From an uncultured bacterium (GTDB taxonomy: Bacteria; Patescibacteriota; Minisyncoccia; Phycocordibacterales; UBA9973): DNA of 64,000 nucleotides. Position numbers and translations under genes: made by a program. Of this stretch, positions 9,753 to 21,247 are shown piece by piece; positions within the stretch are counted from its first letter, which is position 1; each line of letters opens with the position of its first letter. The DNA is taken from the NCBI GenBank assembly GCA_903869825.1, contig CAIQAL010000003.1, positions 3,624 through 67,623 on the forward strand, in the 5' to 3' direction. A model generated the notes under the pieces. The model was not told the origin of the DNA. It saw nothing but the letters and a program-made list of their open reading frames with translations, and made no database searches.

Positions 9753-11240
9753 ATGAGTGCGAATACAACAATAGAAAATTTAAAAAAGAGAATTGCAGGA
9801 TTTCAGGGAGGTGCTGAAACATACGAATATGGAACGGTAATGAGTGTTTCGGACGGGATTGCAAAGATTTCCGGATTGGCGAAGTGTCAATCATCAGAAA
9901 TGGTCTCATTTGAATCCGGAGCGATGGGGCTTGCTCTCAACCTTGAGGAAGATTCTGTTGGTGTCATCGTGCTTGGAGATTTTTCCAAAATCCGCGAAGG
10001 TGAGACAGTGAAGCGTACCAATAAAATTCTTTCAATTCCGGTTGGTGATAAATTCATTGGTCGAGTGGTGAATCCACTCGGTGTCCCTATCGACGAAGCT
10101 GGGGCTATTAAAGAAGATGTCATCTATCCGGTAGAAAAAATCGCTTCAGGGGTTATGACCCGTGAACCTGTTAAAACCCCGGTTCAAACTGGGATAAAGT
10201 CCATTGATGCGATGATTCCAATCGGTCGTGGGCAACGAGAGCTTATTATCGGAGACCGACAAACTGGTAAAACGGCTATTGCTATCGACACCATCATCAA
10301 CCAAAAAGGACAAAATTTGATTTGTATTTATGTGGCTATTTCTCAGAAGCAATCGAAGGTTGCCCGTATCGTTTCAAAATTAAAAGAAGCCGGTGCGATG
10401 GATTACACAATTGTTGTTTCGGCCGGATCATCGGATGGTCCAGCCTTTTCTTATCTTGCTCCATATTCCGGAACCGCGCTTGGAGAATATTTTTTGGACA
10501 AAGGGAAAGATGTTTTAATGGTTTACGATGATTTGTCGAAACACGCAGTTGCATATCGAGAGATTTCTTTACTATTGCGTCGACCACCGGGGCGTGAAGC
10601 ATATCCCGGAGATGTTTTCTATTTACACTCAAGATTACTTGAACGTGCTTGCCGATTGAATAAAAATTATGGTGGAGGCTCGATTACTGCTTTGCCGATT
10701 ATTGAAACCCAAGCCGGAGATTTGTCCGCCTATATTCCAACGAATGTCATTTCCATTACTGACGGACAAATTTTCTTGGAGACTGGATTGTTCAACAAAG
10801 GAATCAGACCAGCTATCAATGCCGGACTTTCAGTTTCTCGTGTAGGAGGGAATGCACAAATTAAATCAATGAAAAAAGTGGCCGGAAAAATGAAGCTGGC
10901 CATGGCTCAATACCGCGAACTCGAAACCTTTGCTCAATTTGGCTCAGATTTAGATGCTGAAACAAAGAAAGCGATTAACCGCGGACAAAAAGTGACCGAA
11001 CTAATGAAGCAAAATCAATATGCGCCGATTCCGGTTTCAAAACAAGTTTGTTCTATTTATGCCGTGAATGAAGGATATTTGGATGAACTTGAAATCACCG
11101 AAATCAAATCTTGGGAAGAAAATTTTTATGCTTTTTTGGAAAGAACAAAAAAAACGTTGCTTGCCGATTTATTAAAAGATTGGAACGAAAAAATAGAAGG
11201 AGAATTAAAAGGAGCGATTAAAGAATTTTTAGGGAATTAA
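9753..11240 (+). CDS. atpA: F0F1 ATP synthase subunit alpha
   Basis: Walker [16 protein letters not shown], 495 aa, strong alpha-subunit signature. Confidence 0.95.
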   Translation: MSANTTIENLKKRIAGFQGGAETYEYGTVMSVSDGIAKISGLAKCQSSEMVSFESGAMGLALNLEEDSVGVIVLGDFSKIREGETVKRTNKILSIPVGDKFIGRVVNPLGVPIDEAGAIKEDVIYPVEKIASGVMTREPVKTPVQTGIKSIDAMIPIGRGQRELIIGDRQTGKTAIAIDTIINQKGQNLICIYVAISQKQSKVARIVSKLKEAGAMDYTIVVSAGSSDGPAFSYLAPYSGTALGEYFLDKGKDVLMVYDDLSKHAVAYREISLLLRRPPGREAYPGDVFYLHSRLLERACRLNKNYGGGSITALPIIETQAGDLSAYIPTNVISITDGQIFLETGLFNKGIRPAINAGLSVSRVGGNAQIKSMKKVAGKMKLAMAQYRELETFAQFGSDLDAETKKAINRGQKVTELMKQNQYAPIPVSKQVCSIYAVNEGYLDELEITEIKSWEENFYAFLERTKKTLLADLLKDWNEKIEGELKGAIKEFLGN

Positions 11241-11242
11241 AT

Positions 11243-11452
11243 ATGGAGACAGAAATTAAAACAAAAAAAATAAAAAGTTTAAAAATTTGGAACATTATTT
11301 TAGTTTCATGTATGGCAGTTTTTGCTTTACTTTGTTTATTTATTTTTTATAAAATATTTAAATGTGGCAAAGAGTCGGAAGATAAAACTTTTGGCGGAGT
11401 TGGATTTTGTGCAGTTAATTATTATTATTTCCCAAACGAATTATTTAAATAA
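11243..11452 (+). CDS. small single-TM protein encoded between atpA and atpG (hypothetical)
   Basis: 69-aa ORF exactly filling the atpA-atpG gap (starts 3 nt after atpA stop, ends 5 nt before atpG ATG); one hydrophobic helix. Confidence 0.35.
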   Translation: METEIKTKKIKSLKIWNIILVSCMAVFALLCLFIFYKIFKCGKESEDKTFGGVGFCAVNYYYFPNELFK

Positions 11453-11456
11453 AAAT

Positions 11457-13789
<2,333 letters not shown>

Positions 13790-13795
13790 ATTATT

Positions 13796-14053
13796 ATGGC
13801 AACTTTAAAGATTTCAATTATCGGGACAGACAAAATTCTGTATGAAGGAGAAGCAGAAGCTGTTTTTGTACCGACCAAAAGCGGAATTATCGAAGTTCTG
13901 CCGGAACACATGCAACTCGTCTCAGCGCTCCAAAAAGGCGAAATAATTCTAAAAACCGGAAAAAGTGAAGAAAAATTTAAAATCTCCGGTGGTGTTATTG
14001 AAATCCGTCCAGAAAGTAAAGTTATAGTTCTTGCGGATATTGTAAAAGAATAA
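13796..14053 (+). CDS. atpC: F0F1 ATP synthase subunit epsilon, short form (85 aa, beta-sandwich domain only)
   Basis: operon position and N-terminal domain similarity; lacks C-terminal helical hairpin. Confidence 0.7.
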   Translation: MATLKISIIGTDKILYEGEAEAVFVPTKSGIIEVLPEHMQLVSALQKGEIILKTGKSEEKFKISGGVIEIRPESKVIVLADIVKE

Positions 14054-14074
14054 TACGGATGAACACATAGAACT

Positions 14075-14106
14075 AAAAGACGGAATCAAGGCTTCCGTCT
14101 TTTAGT
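14075..14106 (+). terminator. intrinsic terminator of atp operon
   Basis: perfect 11-bp hairpin aaaagacggaa-tcaaggc-ttccgtctttt followed by T-rich tract; a second weaker hairpin (agaagc-aagg-cttct) 10 nt downstream. Confidence 0.7.
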
Positions 14107-14174
14107 TTGGATAGAAGCAAGGCTTCTGTATGGGGTTCATCAAAGCTTAATCAAGAGTGATATAATATTGTGGT

Positions 14175-14615
14175 ATGAAAATAGAAAGTTTTGCATTTCA
14201 AAATAATGGAGAAATTCCTAGTCGCTTTACTTGCGAGGGGGAAAATATTAACCCAGAACTTCTTTTTAAAGAGGTTCCAAGAGAAACAAAAAATTTGGCT
14301 TTAATAATGGATGATCCGGATGCTCCGAACGGTACTTTTGTGCATTGGGTTATGTGGAATATTCCTCCAAAAATAACTGAAATCAATCAAGGAAGTGAGC
14401 CGATAGATGCAATGGTGGGTTTAAATGGAGTTGGAAAAAACGAGTATATCGGCCCATGCCCGCCAAATGGAATGCACCACTATTTTTTTAAACTTTATGC
14501 ATTAGACGCAATGATTGAGCTTAGTAAAAACACAAATGCTTTCGACTTAAAAAAAATAATGGAAGGACACGTCATTGAGAGAGCAGAGTTGGTTGGATTA
14601 TACGAGAAGAAATAA
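14175..14615 (+). CDS. YbhB/YbcL family Raf-kinase-inhibitor-like (PEBP) protein
   Basis: DPDAP...HW and GPCPPNGMHHYFFKLYALD PEBP signature. Confidence 0.7.
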   Translation: MKIESFAFQNNGEIPSRFTCEGENINPELLFKEVPRETKNLALIMDDPDAPNGTFVHWVMWNIPPKITEINQGSEPIDAMVGLNGVGKNEYIGPCPPNGMHHYFFKLYALDAMIELSKNTNAFDLKKIMEGHVIERAELVGLYEKK

Positions 14616-14633
14616 ATTTGGTATAATCACTAA

Positions 14634-15308
14634 ATGGTAAAATTTTATGTAGTAGCTACACCTATCGGTAACATGGGAGATATTTCTTACCGGGCAATCC
14701 AGACCTTAAAAGAAGTAGATTTGATTTTATGTGAGGATACAAGAATGACGAAAAGATTGCTGGATAAGTATTTTATAAACAAGCTAACAATGAGCTACCA
14801 CGCTCAAAGCAAATTATCAAAAACTGAGAAGATTTTTGAGTTGTTAAATGAAGGGAAAAATTTGGCATTAGTATCGGATGCTGGAACTCCTGGAATCTCT
14901 GACCCGGGAGCATTGCTGGTATCCAAAATAAAGGATAAATTCAATCGCGAAGTGGAAGTAGTGCCAATCCCCGGGGCCTCTGCTGTGATTACGGCACTTT
15001 CAGCTTCAGGATTACCAATTCACGAATTCACATTCTTGGGATTTTTACCGCACAAAAAAGGCCGGGAAACTCTTTTTAAAGAAATTGCCAGCTCAAAACG
15101 TACGATGGTGTTTTACGAGTCACCGCATCGTATTTTAAAAACTTTGGAGTCCTTAATTAAATTTTGTCCCGAAAAAAAAGTTTGTATTGCAAGAGAGCTT
15201 ACAAAGATATATGAAGAATTTAAAACTGGCACACCAGTTGAAGTGTTGGAATACCTGACAAAAAATCCTGCCAAACAAAAAGGTGAGTTTACAGTTTTGG
15301 TATTTTAA
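14634..15308 (+). CDS. rsmI: 16S rRNA (cytidine1402-2'-O)-methyltransferase
   Basis: N-terminal YVVATPIGNMGDIS...LCEDTR tetrapyrrole-methylase fold motifs of RsmI. Confidence 0.8.
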   Translation: MVKFYVVATPIGNMGDISYRAIQTLKEVDLILCEDTRMTKRLLDKYFINKLTMSYHAQSKLSKTEKIFELLNEGKNLALVSDAGTPGISDPGALLVSKIKDKFNREVEVVPIPGASAVITALSASGLPIHEFTFLGFLPHKKGRETLFKEIASSKRTMVFYESPHRILKTLESLIKFCPEKKVCIARELTKIYEEFKTGTPVEVLEYLTKNPAKQKGEFTVLVF

Positions 15309-16234
15309 ACAAATTCAATTTTTGGTATAACACTTTTTCTTTTTAGAAGGTACCAAACCACTAATACTAGAATGATTATTATAATGATAGGGGAGACTGG
15401 AGAGAAAATCTTTGCCATTTCCCATAACGAGATACGTTCTACTGAAATATAGCCACTAACTGTTTCAATGTTATTATTGAAGCTCAAATCTTGTTGAGCA
15501 ATGTCAACCAATCTCGTCTTCATATTCGTAATTTGGTTTTTAAGGTTTTGATTCCTAGTGTCAAAGTTTGAGTTTTCATGGGATATATTTTGGAATGATA
15601 TTTCCATATCACTGGTGCTGTTTTGTAAATCTTTTAATGCCTGGTTGTGATTTGCGATAAGAATCCCCTGTTCTTTTTGGAGGGCAGCTAGTGAAGAGTT
15701 CGATTGTTCTTGTTGTGACTCTATTGATTGCTTTTTGCCGAGCAAATTTTCGGAAGAAATATTCTCAGTAAGTAATTTTTTATGAGTGATACCTTCGATT
15801 TCATATTTGAAATTTTCAAAATTACTTTTTGGTATAACAAAACCAATATATCCATTTTCTGGGTTCTCATTAGAATTATCTATTCTTCCATTTACATTCC
15901 GGACAATATCTTTTGCTTCAAGTAAAATACTTTCTACACTCCTTGTCTTTATCGCAGCACTATAGTTTGTTTTTAAAAATTCTCTTGTGTCGTTTATCAA
16001 AGGATTTTGGTTCGGACTCAGATAATCTGAAGGTATCATCGATGAACTCTCTTTATTTCCTCGTAATTGAAGAGTATTGGTTATTTGTCGGCAACCCAAG
16101 CCGCAATTTGCTGGGTCATACGGTCGATTGATTAATTTTAAGCCTAGTAAAATAAGTCCGATTACTACTAAAATTATTAAAACGATAGCTGTCTTTATTT
16201 TAGAAACCTTAATTACACTTCTAGTTTTTTCCAT
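15305..16234 (-). CDS. hypothetical membrane protein with N- and C-terminal TM helices and N/Q/S-rich coiled-coil middle
   Basis: 309-aa ORF, hydrophobic segments at both ends, low-complexity polar core; no recognisable catalytic motif. Confidence 0.5.
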   Translation of the reverse strand: MEKTRSVIKVSKIKTAIVLIILVVIGLILLGLKLINRPYDPANCGLGCRQITNTLQLRGNKESSSMIPSDYLSPNQNPLINDTREFLKTNYSAAIKTRSVESILLEAKDIVRNVNGRIDNSNENPENGYIGFVIPKSNFENFKYEIEGITHKKLLTENISSENLLGKKQSIESQQEQSNSSLAALQKEQGILIANHNQALKDLQNSTSDMEISFQNISHENSNFDTRNQNLKNQITNMKTRLVDIAQQDLSFNNNIETVSGYISVERISLWEMAKIFSPVSPIIIIIILVLVVWYLLKRKSVIPKIEFV

Positions 16235-16323
16235 ATAATAATAAAAAAATTAATTTTAATGATACCCGCATATTATTAGACGGACGACAAGTTGTAATCT
16301 TACAAATTTTCAGCAGAAAACTG

Positions 16324-18249
16324 CTACAGTAGGTCTTCAGGGTCTATACTTATGGAAAAAGTAGGAGGGAGAGAAAGAAGTTTTTCCAGCAAGACATCAT
16401 CGATCGATGAATTTGCCGAAAGAAAAGGAATAGACCATTTTTTTGGTTCCAATTTGATTAAAGCATTTGTTACGTATTTATTTTTTTGCTTTGCCAAGAA
16501 GCCACTGAATATTTCAGGGTTGTAATCTTTTAGGAAATCATTCATGAAATTTTTTGCATTTATTGTTTCATCTTTATCTCCCAAAAAAGTAATTTTGATA
16601 AATCTTTTATAAGGAGGATAACCCAGATTCCGTCTATCCTTCAATTCTTCCCGGACAAAGGAAAGCAAATTTTCATTAAGAATTGCTGAAATTGCCGGGT
16701 CGTTTTCATTTTTCGTTTCGATTATCAATTTTTTTTCGGTTATTGAAATTATTGAAATCAACAGTTGAATAATTCTTTCGCTCATTTTAAAATTTGGGAT
16801 ACTCCAGAGCGAATCAAAAGAACCAATAACTGAGAGTGGAACTTTTTCTTTTATGTAAAAAAGGGCCATCTCTGTTCCGATTAAGATTGAGCCAGGTTTC
16901 TCTTTGAATTCGGCTATGACTTTTCCTGCTTGTTTGGATGATTTAACTGTTTCTTTGTCCAGTTGAAAAATAACATTTTTATCAAACATATTTTCTACTT
17001 TTTCTCTGACAGTATCAGTGCCGATACCAAGAGGCATTAAATTCCAACTATAGCAGCGTGAGCAAGTGGTGTCGGGGCTTCTTTCTGTTCCACACTTATT
17101 ACAAATAAACATTCTTTTATTACCGTCTCTGGATAAATACAGAACCACGGGAGCCAGACAATTATCACATAGAAGTGTTTCACCACAGTCTCGACAAACG
17201 GTCATGGTGGCTAGACCTCTTCTTAAAGAAAAGATAAAAACATTTTTACTTTTATGGATAGTATTTTGAATTTCTTTTACGCTTTCGTCTGTTAGTACCT
17301 TAAACTTTTCTCCTTTTTGGGGTATTTCAATCGTTCCATTAAAATTAATGCGATACAAAAGAGGCCGTACTTCTCCCAGGTTTTCAATATCTTTTTTGGC
17401 AATTGTTTCAAAACGGAGGAGAGTATCACTGAAAATAAGTTTTGATCCACTTTTAACCGCAAAAATTTCTGCAAAGATTCTTAAATCATAGTGCGCACGA
17501 CCAATAGTTTTGTAGGCGCTCGAACTCTCATTTTCAATTATTATCGTTTCGATATCATGTCTCGGGATAGATAAATATGGGGTTGTCCCTAAAATTAAAA
17601 CTGGATGAGATGAATCTATAACTTGAATGCACTTTTCTATTTGTTTTTTTGCGCTTAGCCCTCCATGAATTGGAATTACAAAATTTTCGATTCCTTTTGA
17701 AAGTGAAATAAATAAAGTTTCTATGTCGTGTTCCGTTGGTAGAACTATGAAAATAGATTTTTTTCTGGCAAAGCTTTCTCTAATTAGAGTTTTGTAATAG
17801 GAAACTCGATCTTCGAACGGTGCCTGGAAAAGTAATTTTTCTGCTCTAATGTTTGATTTAAATATTGGAACTTTTTCTTTATTTACTCCTCCAATCGCTT
17901 TTGATATTTTGTCGTAGTCTTCCTTGAAGGCGGCTGGGATGAATGAAGAAATTACTTCTCCTTTTTTAGAGGCAAAATATTTACTAGCTTCTATTGCCGA
18001 AGATAAAAATTCTTCTCGAAAGACAGATTTTCCTTTTACTTCTACAATTTTTTTTAAATCAAAATCAAGTCCTTTAATTCTTCCTTTGGCAAGGGACACG
18101 TCTTCTGAAGAAGTAGTTAAGCCTAAGATTTTTTTGTTTCGTAGAAGAACGCTGACGATACTTCCTTCCTCTATTTCTTGGGTAGAAAAATAAGTCAATT
18201 CGTCTTTAAAAATCCCTTTTTGAAGTGGCAAAACTGTAACAGTTTTCAT
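16324..18249 (-). CDS. priA: primosomal protein N' (PriA) homologue with degenerate ATPase motifs
   Basis: 641 aa; colinear with PriA including double C4 zinc-binding region CRDCGETLLCDNC...CNKCG...CSRC; Walker A position reads APFEDRVSYY and DEEH box reads ENES. Confidence 0.8.
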   Translation of the reverse strand: MKTVTVLPLQKGIFKDELTYFSTQEIEEGSIVSVLLRNKKILGLTTSSEDVSLAKGRIKGLDFDLKKIVEVKGKSVFREEFLSSAIEASKYFASKKGEVISSFIPAAFKEDYDKISKAIGGVNKEKVPIFKSNIRAEKLLFQAPFEDRVSYYKTLIRESFARKKSIFIVLPTEHDIETLFISLSKGIENFVIPIHGGLSAKKQIEKCIQVIDSSHPVLILGTTPYLSIPRHDIETIIIENESSSAYKTIGRAHYDLRIFAEIFAVKSGSKLIFSDTLLRFETIAKKDIENLGEVRPLLYRINFNGTIEIPQKGEKFKVLTDESVKEIQNTIHKSKNVFIFSLRRGLATMTVCRDCGETLLCDNCLAPVVLYLSRDGNKRMFICNKCGTERSPDTTCSRCYSWNLMPLGIGTDTVREKVENMFDKNVIFQLDKETVKSSKQAGKVIAEFKEKPGSILIGTEMALFYIKEKVPLSVIGSFDSLWSIPNFKMSERIIQLLISIISITEKKLIIETKNENDPAISAILNENLLSFVREELKDRRNLGYPPYKRFIKITFLGDKDETINAKNFMNDFLKDYNPEIFSGFLAKQKNKYVTNALIKLEPKKWSIPFLSANSSIDDVLLEKLLSLPPTFSISIDPEDLL

Positions 18250-18286
18250 CCTTTAATTCTAACATAATTTGTGATATATTTAGCTC
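18250..18286. promoter_or_regulatory. 37-bp divergent promoter region priA(-)/mreB(+) with two extended -10 boxes
   Basis: minus strand TGTTAGAAT (18256-18264) + 6 nt + priA ATG; plus strand TGATATATT (18272-18280) + 6 nt + mreB ATG. Confidence 0.45.
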
Positions 18287-19300
18287 ATGGGATATTTTTC
18301 AAAAAAATTAGGGATAGATCTGGGGACTGCCAACACTCTTGTATTTATGCCGGGAAAGGGGATTATTTTAAACGAACCTTCAGTGGTAGCAGTTTCCGAA
18401 CAAGACAATCGAATCTTGGCAATTGGTTTTGACGCTAAGGATATGATTGGGAAAACGCCTGACTCTATTATTGCATACCGCCCCATGAAAGACGGTGTGA
18501 TTGCCGATTATCGAGTTACCGAGGCCATGTTAAGATATTTTATCAATAAAGCGCTTGGAAAATATAATTTTTTTAAACCCGATGTAATGGTTTCTGTTCC
18601 AGCTGGAGTAACTTCCACAGAACGTCGAGCAGTAGTTGAAGCTTCTCTCAGAGCTGGAGCAAAAAATGCTTATGTTGTGAAAGAGCCAATTTTGGCAGCG
18701 ATTGGCGCAGGAATTCCAATTTATGAATCAAAAGGGCACATGATTGTGGATATAGGAGGAGGGACAACTGATGTGGCAGTTATTTCTCTTGGCGGGATTG
18801 TGTCTTCAATTTCCGTAAAGTGTGCTGGAAATAAAATTGATCAAGCGATTGCTGATTACATAAAAAAAACATTCAATTTAGCGATTGGGGACAGAACAGC
18901 AGAAGAAGTGAAAATAAAAATCGGGGCGGCTGTTCCCCTGGAAGAAGAATTACGAGTAACGATAAAAGGAAGAGATTATATTCAAGGACTTCCTCGGTCC
19001 GTTCAAGTTGGTACGAATGAAATAGTGAAATCAATTGACGGAGAATTGAAACAAATAATAAAAGCAATAAAAGATGTTTTACAAGAAACTCCACCGGAAC
19101 TTGCGTCAGATATTATTGATTATGGAATCATTATGACCGGAGGTTCATCGCTGCTGCGAAATTTACCTGATTTGGTTTATCGAAAGACAGGAGTGAAGGC
19201 AACCCTAGCTGAAGATGCACTATATTGTGTTGCAAAAGGAACAGGAATAGCGCTAGAGCATTTGGACGTCTATAAAAAAACAGTTTTGAGTAAAAAGTAA
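18287..19300 (+). CDS. mreB: rod shape-determining protein MreB (actin-like ATPase)
   Basis: GIDLGTANTLVF, NEPSVVAV, DIGGGTTD motifs; 337 aa. Confidence 0.9.
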   Translation: MGYFSKKLGIDLGTANTLVFMPGKGIILNEPSVVAVSEQDNRILAIGFDAKDMIGKTPDSIIAYRPMKDGVIADYRVTEAMLRYFINKALGKYNFFKPDVMVSVPAGVTSTERRAVVEASLRAGAKNAYVVKEPILAAIGAGIPIYESKGHMIVDIGGGTTDVAVISLGGIVSSISVKCAGNKIDQAIADYIKKTFNLAIGDRTAEEVKIKIGAAVPLEEELRVTIKGRDYIQGLPRSVQVGTNEIVKSIDGELKQIIKAIKDVLQETPPELASDIIDYGIIMTGGSSLLRNLPDLVYRKTGVKATLAEDALYCVAKGTGIALEHLDVYKKTVLSKK

Positions 19301-19311
19301 GATTGTTAAAT

Positions 19312-20046
19312 ATGAAAATCTTATCAGATCTCGATATAAACAATTTACATCACGCATATTTGATTGAAGGCACTGAAGAGATTGTCTTGCCTGAGGTTCT
19401 TGAGTTTATCGAGAATCTAGGGATAAAAACAACCGGCAACCCGGATTTTTTTTGTGTTTCTACTGATTTTTTTAAAATTGCTGACGCTCGAAACTTAAAA
19501 TCGATGACACTCGAAAAAAGTTTTAAAGAGGTAAAAAGGTTTTTCGTTATTTCAACAAATAGTTTTTTGAATGATGCCCAAAATACTTTACTTAAAATCT
19601 TTGAAGAACCAAAAGAAAATACACATTATTTTTTAATTTTGCCCGATGCAAATATCTTGATTCCAACCTTACTTTCTCGATTTTATTTAATCAAATCAAA
19701 AATTGACTTGGAAAGTGAATTGAAAGACGCTGAAAAGTTTGTCGCGGATTCTCTGAGAGATAGAATTGAGTTTATAAAAAATTTACTGGCTGAAGAAAAA
19801 ATTGACGAAGAAGATGAAGAAGAAGTAACAGCTTCAAAAAATTCTACCAGATCAAAAGCGATTAAATTTTTAAATGCACTTGAATTAGTGCTTTACAACA
19901 AATATTGTCGTGATACGAAATTAAACCAAGACAAAAAAATTGATTTCTTTAAACAAATTTTTAAAGTTCGGGAATATCTCCGCCAGCCTGGCTCGTCTAT
20001 GAAAAGTTTAATGGAATCTGTGGCTTTAGTTGTGCCTATATTATAA
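19312..20046 (+). CDS. holB: DNA polymerase III delta' subunit-like clamp-loader protein
   Basis: HAYLIEG box, LLKIFEEP and PTLLSRF (sensor) motifs, lacks intact Walker A as expected for delta'. Confidence 0.6.
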   Translation: MKILSDLDINNLHHAYLIEGTEEIVLPEVLEFIENLGIKTTGNPDFFCVSTDFFKIADARNLKSMTLEKSFKEVKRFFVISTNSFLNDAQNTLLKIFEEPKENTHYFLILPDANILIPTLLSRFYLIKSKIDLESELKDAEKFVADSLRDRIEFIKNLLAEEKIDEEDEEEVTASKNSTRSKAIKFLNALELVLYNKYCRDTKLNQDKKIDFFKQIFKVREYLRQPGSSMKSLMESVALVVPIL

Positions 20047-20128
20047 TTTGATATAATTGTTATATTGAACATAACAAAATTTGTCGGTAATGTTTTTTTT
20101 GTGTTAATATATTTTTAAAATACATTAA

Positions 20129-21208
20129 ATGATAAAAAAAATAAAATTAATTTTAATAATATTAATCCTAATTGGGACTTCTTTTGATGTACACAATTCT
20201 TTAGCTGATGAAATTTGGCGGAACGTTGGTATTCTAGGTTTTTCAGACGGACAAGCAGATTTGATTTCTCTTGCTTTTGATGGTTCTTCTCCATATGTGG
20301 CGTATCAAGATGCTGCAAATGGTTACAGCGCCACCGTCATGAAATATGATGGCGAAAATTGGGTGAATGTCGGTGAGACAGGATTCTCAGCTGGACAAGC
20401 AAATTACATTTCTCTTGCTCTTGATGGTTCTACTCCATATGTAGCATATAGTGATGGTGGAAATGATTACAAAGCCACCGTTATGAAATATGATTATACT
20501 CATGTTATATGTTATACCCACTCTACCAACCGTAATTACCGGTGAAGCAGTTATCTCTTCTCATTTAGTCACACTTTAAATGAAACTGTTACTAACATCG
20601 GGGGAGAAGCTCCAAATGCTCTTGGGTTTGAATATGGATTAGGTACTGACTATGGATTAACGGTAGCAAATGAAAATGAACCTCCTTTTGAACAAGGTAA
20701 TTATTCATCCAGTATCTCATCTTTTACCTGTGCTTCTACCTATCATTATCGAGCCTATGTGACCAATAGTGTTGGTACTGGTTACGGATCGGACGCAACC
20801 TTCATCACTGCCGGTTGCGATACTACTGGCGGTGGTGGAGGAGGAGGTGGTTGGGGATTCACTCCGCATGTTGTTCCTGTTGTAACCATTACTCCACCAG
20901 TTAACCAAGTTATTTCGCCAATAATCTCAATTACTTCGAACATCCCTTTTATTTTCACTAAAGTTTTACAGATAGGTTCAAGAAACAAAGAAGTGCTTGA
21001 ATTACAAAAGTATCTGAATAGTCATGGATTAATTATTGCTAAAACAGGCTCAGGCTTACCAGGCCAGGAGACAAATTATTTTGGAAAAGCAACAAAACAA
21101 GCATTAGGACTCTTTCAGTTGAAAAATAAAATTATTTTGAATAAAAGTAGCAAAAGCTTCGGATCGTTTGGTCCAGTTACAAGGAGATTTGTTAATAGGA
21201 ATCACTAA
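20129..21208 (+). pseudogene. secreted repeat protein with C-terminal peptidoglycan-binding domain, interrupted by a single in-frame TGA (20543-20545)
   Basis: signal peptide; two tandem 48-aa repeats; same frame continues uninterrupted after TGA through an Fn3-like segment (YHYRAYVTNSVGTGYG), a G8 linker and a PG_binding_1-like domain (LQKYLNSHGL...GLPGQETNYFGKATKQALGLFQ). Confidence 0.6.
20215..20494 (+). repeat. tandem duplication (2 x ~144 nt, ~75% identical) encoding the 48-aa repeat W-x-NVG-x2-GFS-x-GQA-x2-ISLA-x-DGS-x-PYVAY-x5-Y-x-ATVMKYD
   Basis: direct comparison of 20215-20350 with 20359-20494. Confidence 0.6.
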
Positions 21209-21211
21209 GGA

Positions 21212-21241
21212 TTGTCAAAATAGACCACTCGATGCTATAAT
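21212..21241 (+). promoter_or_regulatory. sigma70-like promoter of frr
   Basis: -35 TTGTCA (21212-21217), 18-nt spacer, extended -10 TGCTATAAT (21233-21241), 6 nt to frr ATG. Confidence 0.5.
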
Positions 21242-21247
21242 GGCAGA

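Noticed and set aside
20543-20545. Possibility that TGA is reassigned (UGA=Gly code 25 or UGA=Trp code 4), as in some candidate phyla
   Set aside because: TGA clearly terminates upp (followed immediately by TAG) and the metK C-terminal half. The tRNA-Trp in the window has anticodon CCA, which reads only UGG. Conserved genes here contain no other internal TGA.
20543-20600. Selenocysteine insertion at the in-frame TGA
   Set aside because: There is no convincing SECIS-like stem-loop in the 40 nt downstream of the TGA. The surface-protein context makes Sec unlikely.
20828-20856. Poly-G coding run (GGGGGGGG) as slippage-prone phase-variation tract
   Set aside because: The nucleotide sequence is mixed (ggcggtggtggaggaggaggtggt), not a homopolymer, so slipped-strand phase variation is unlikely.
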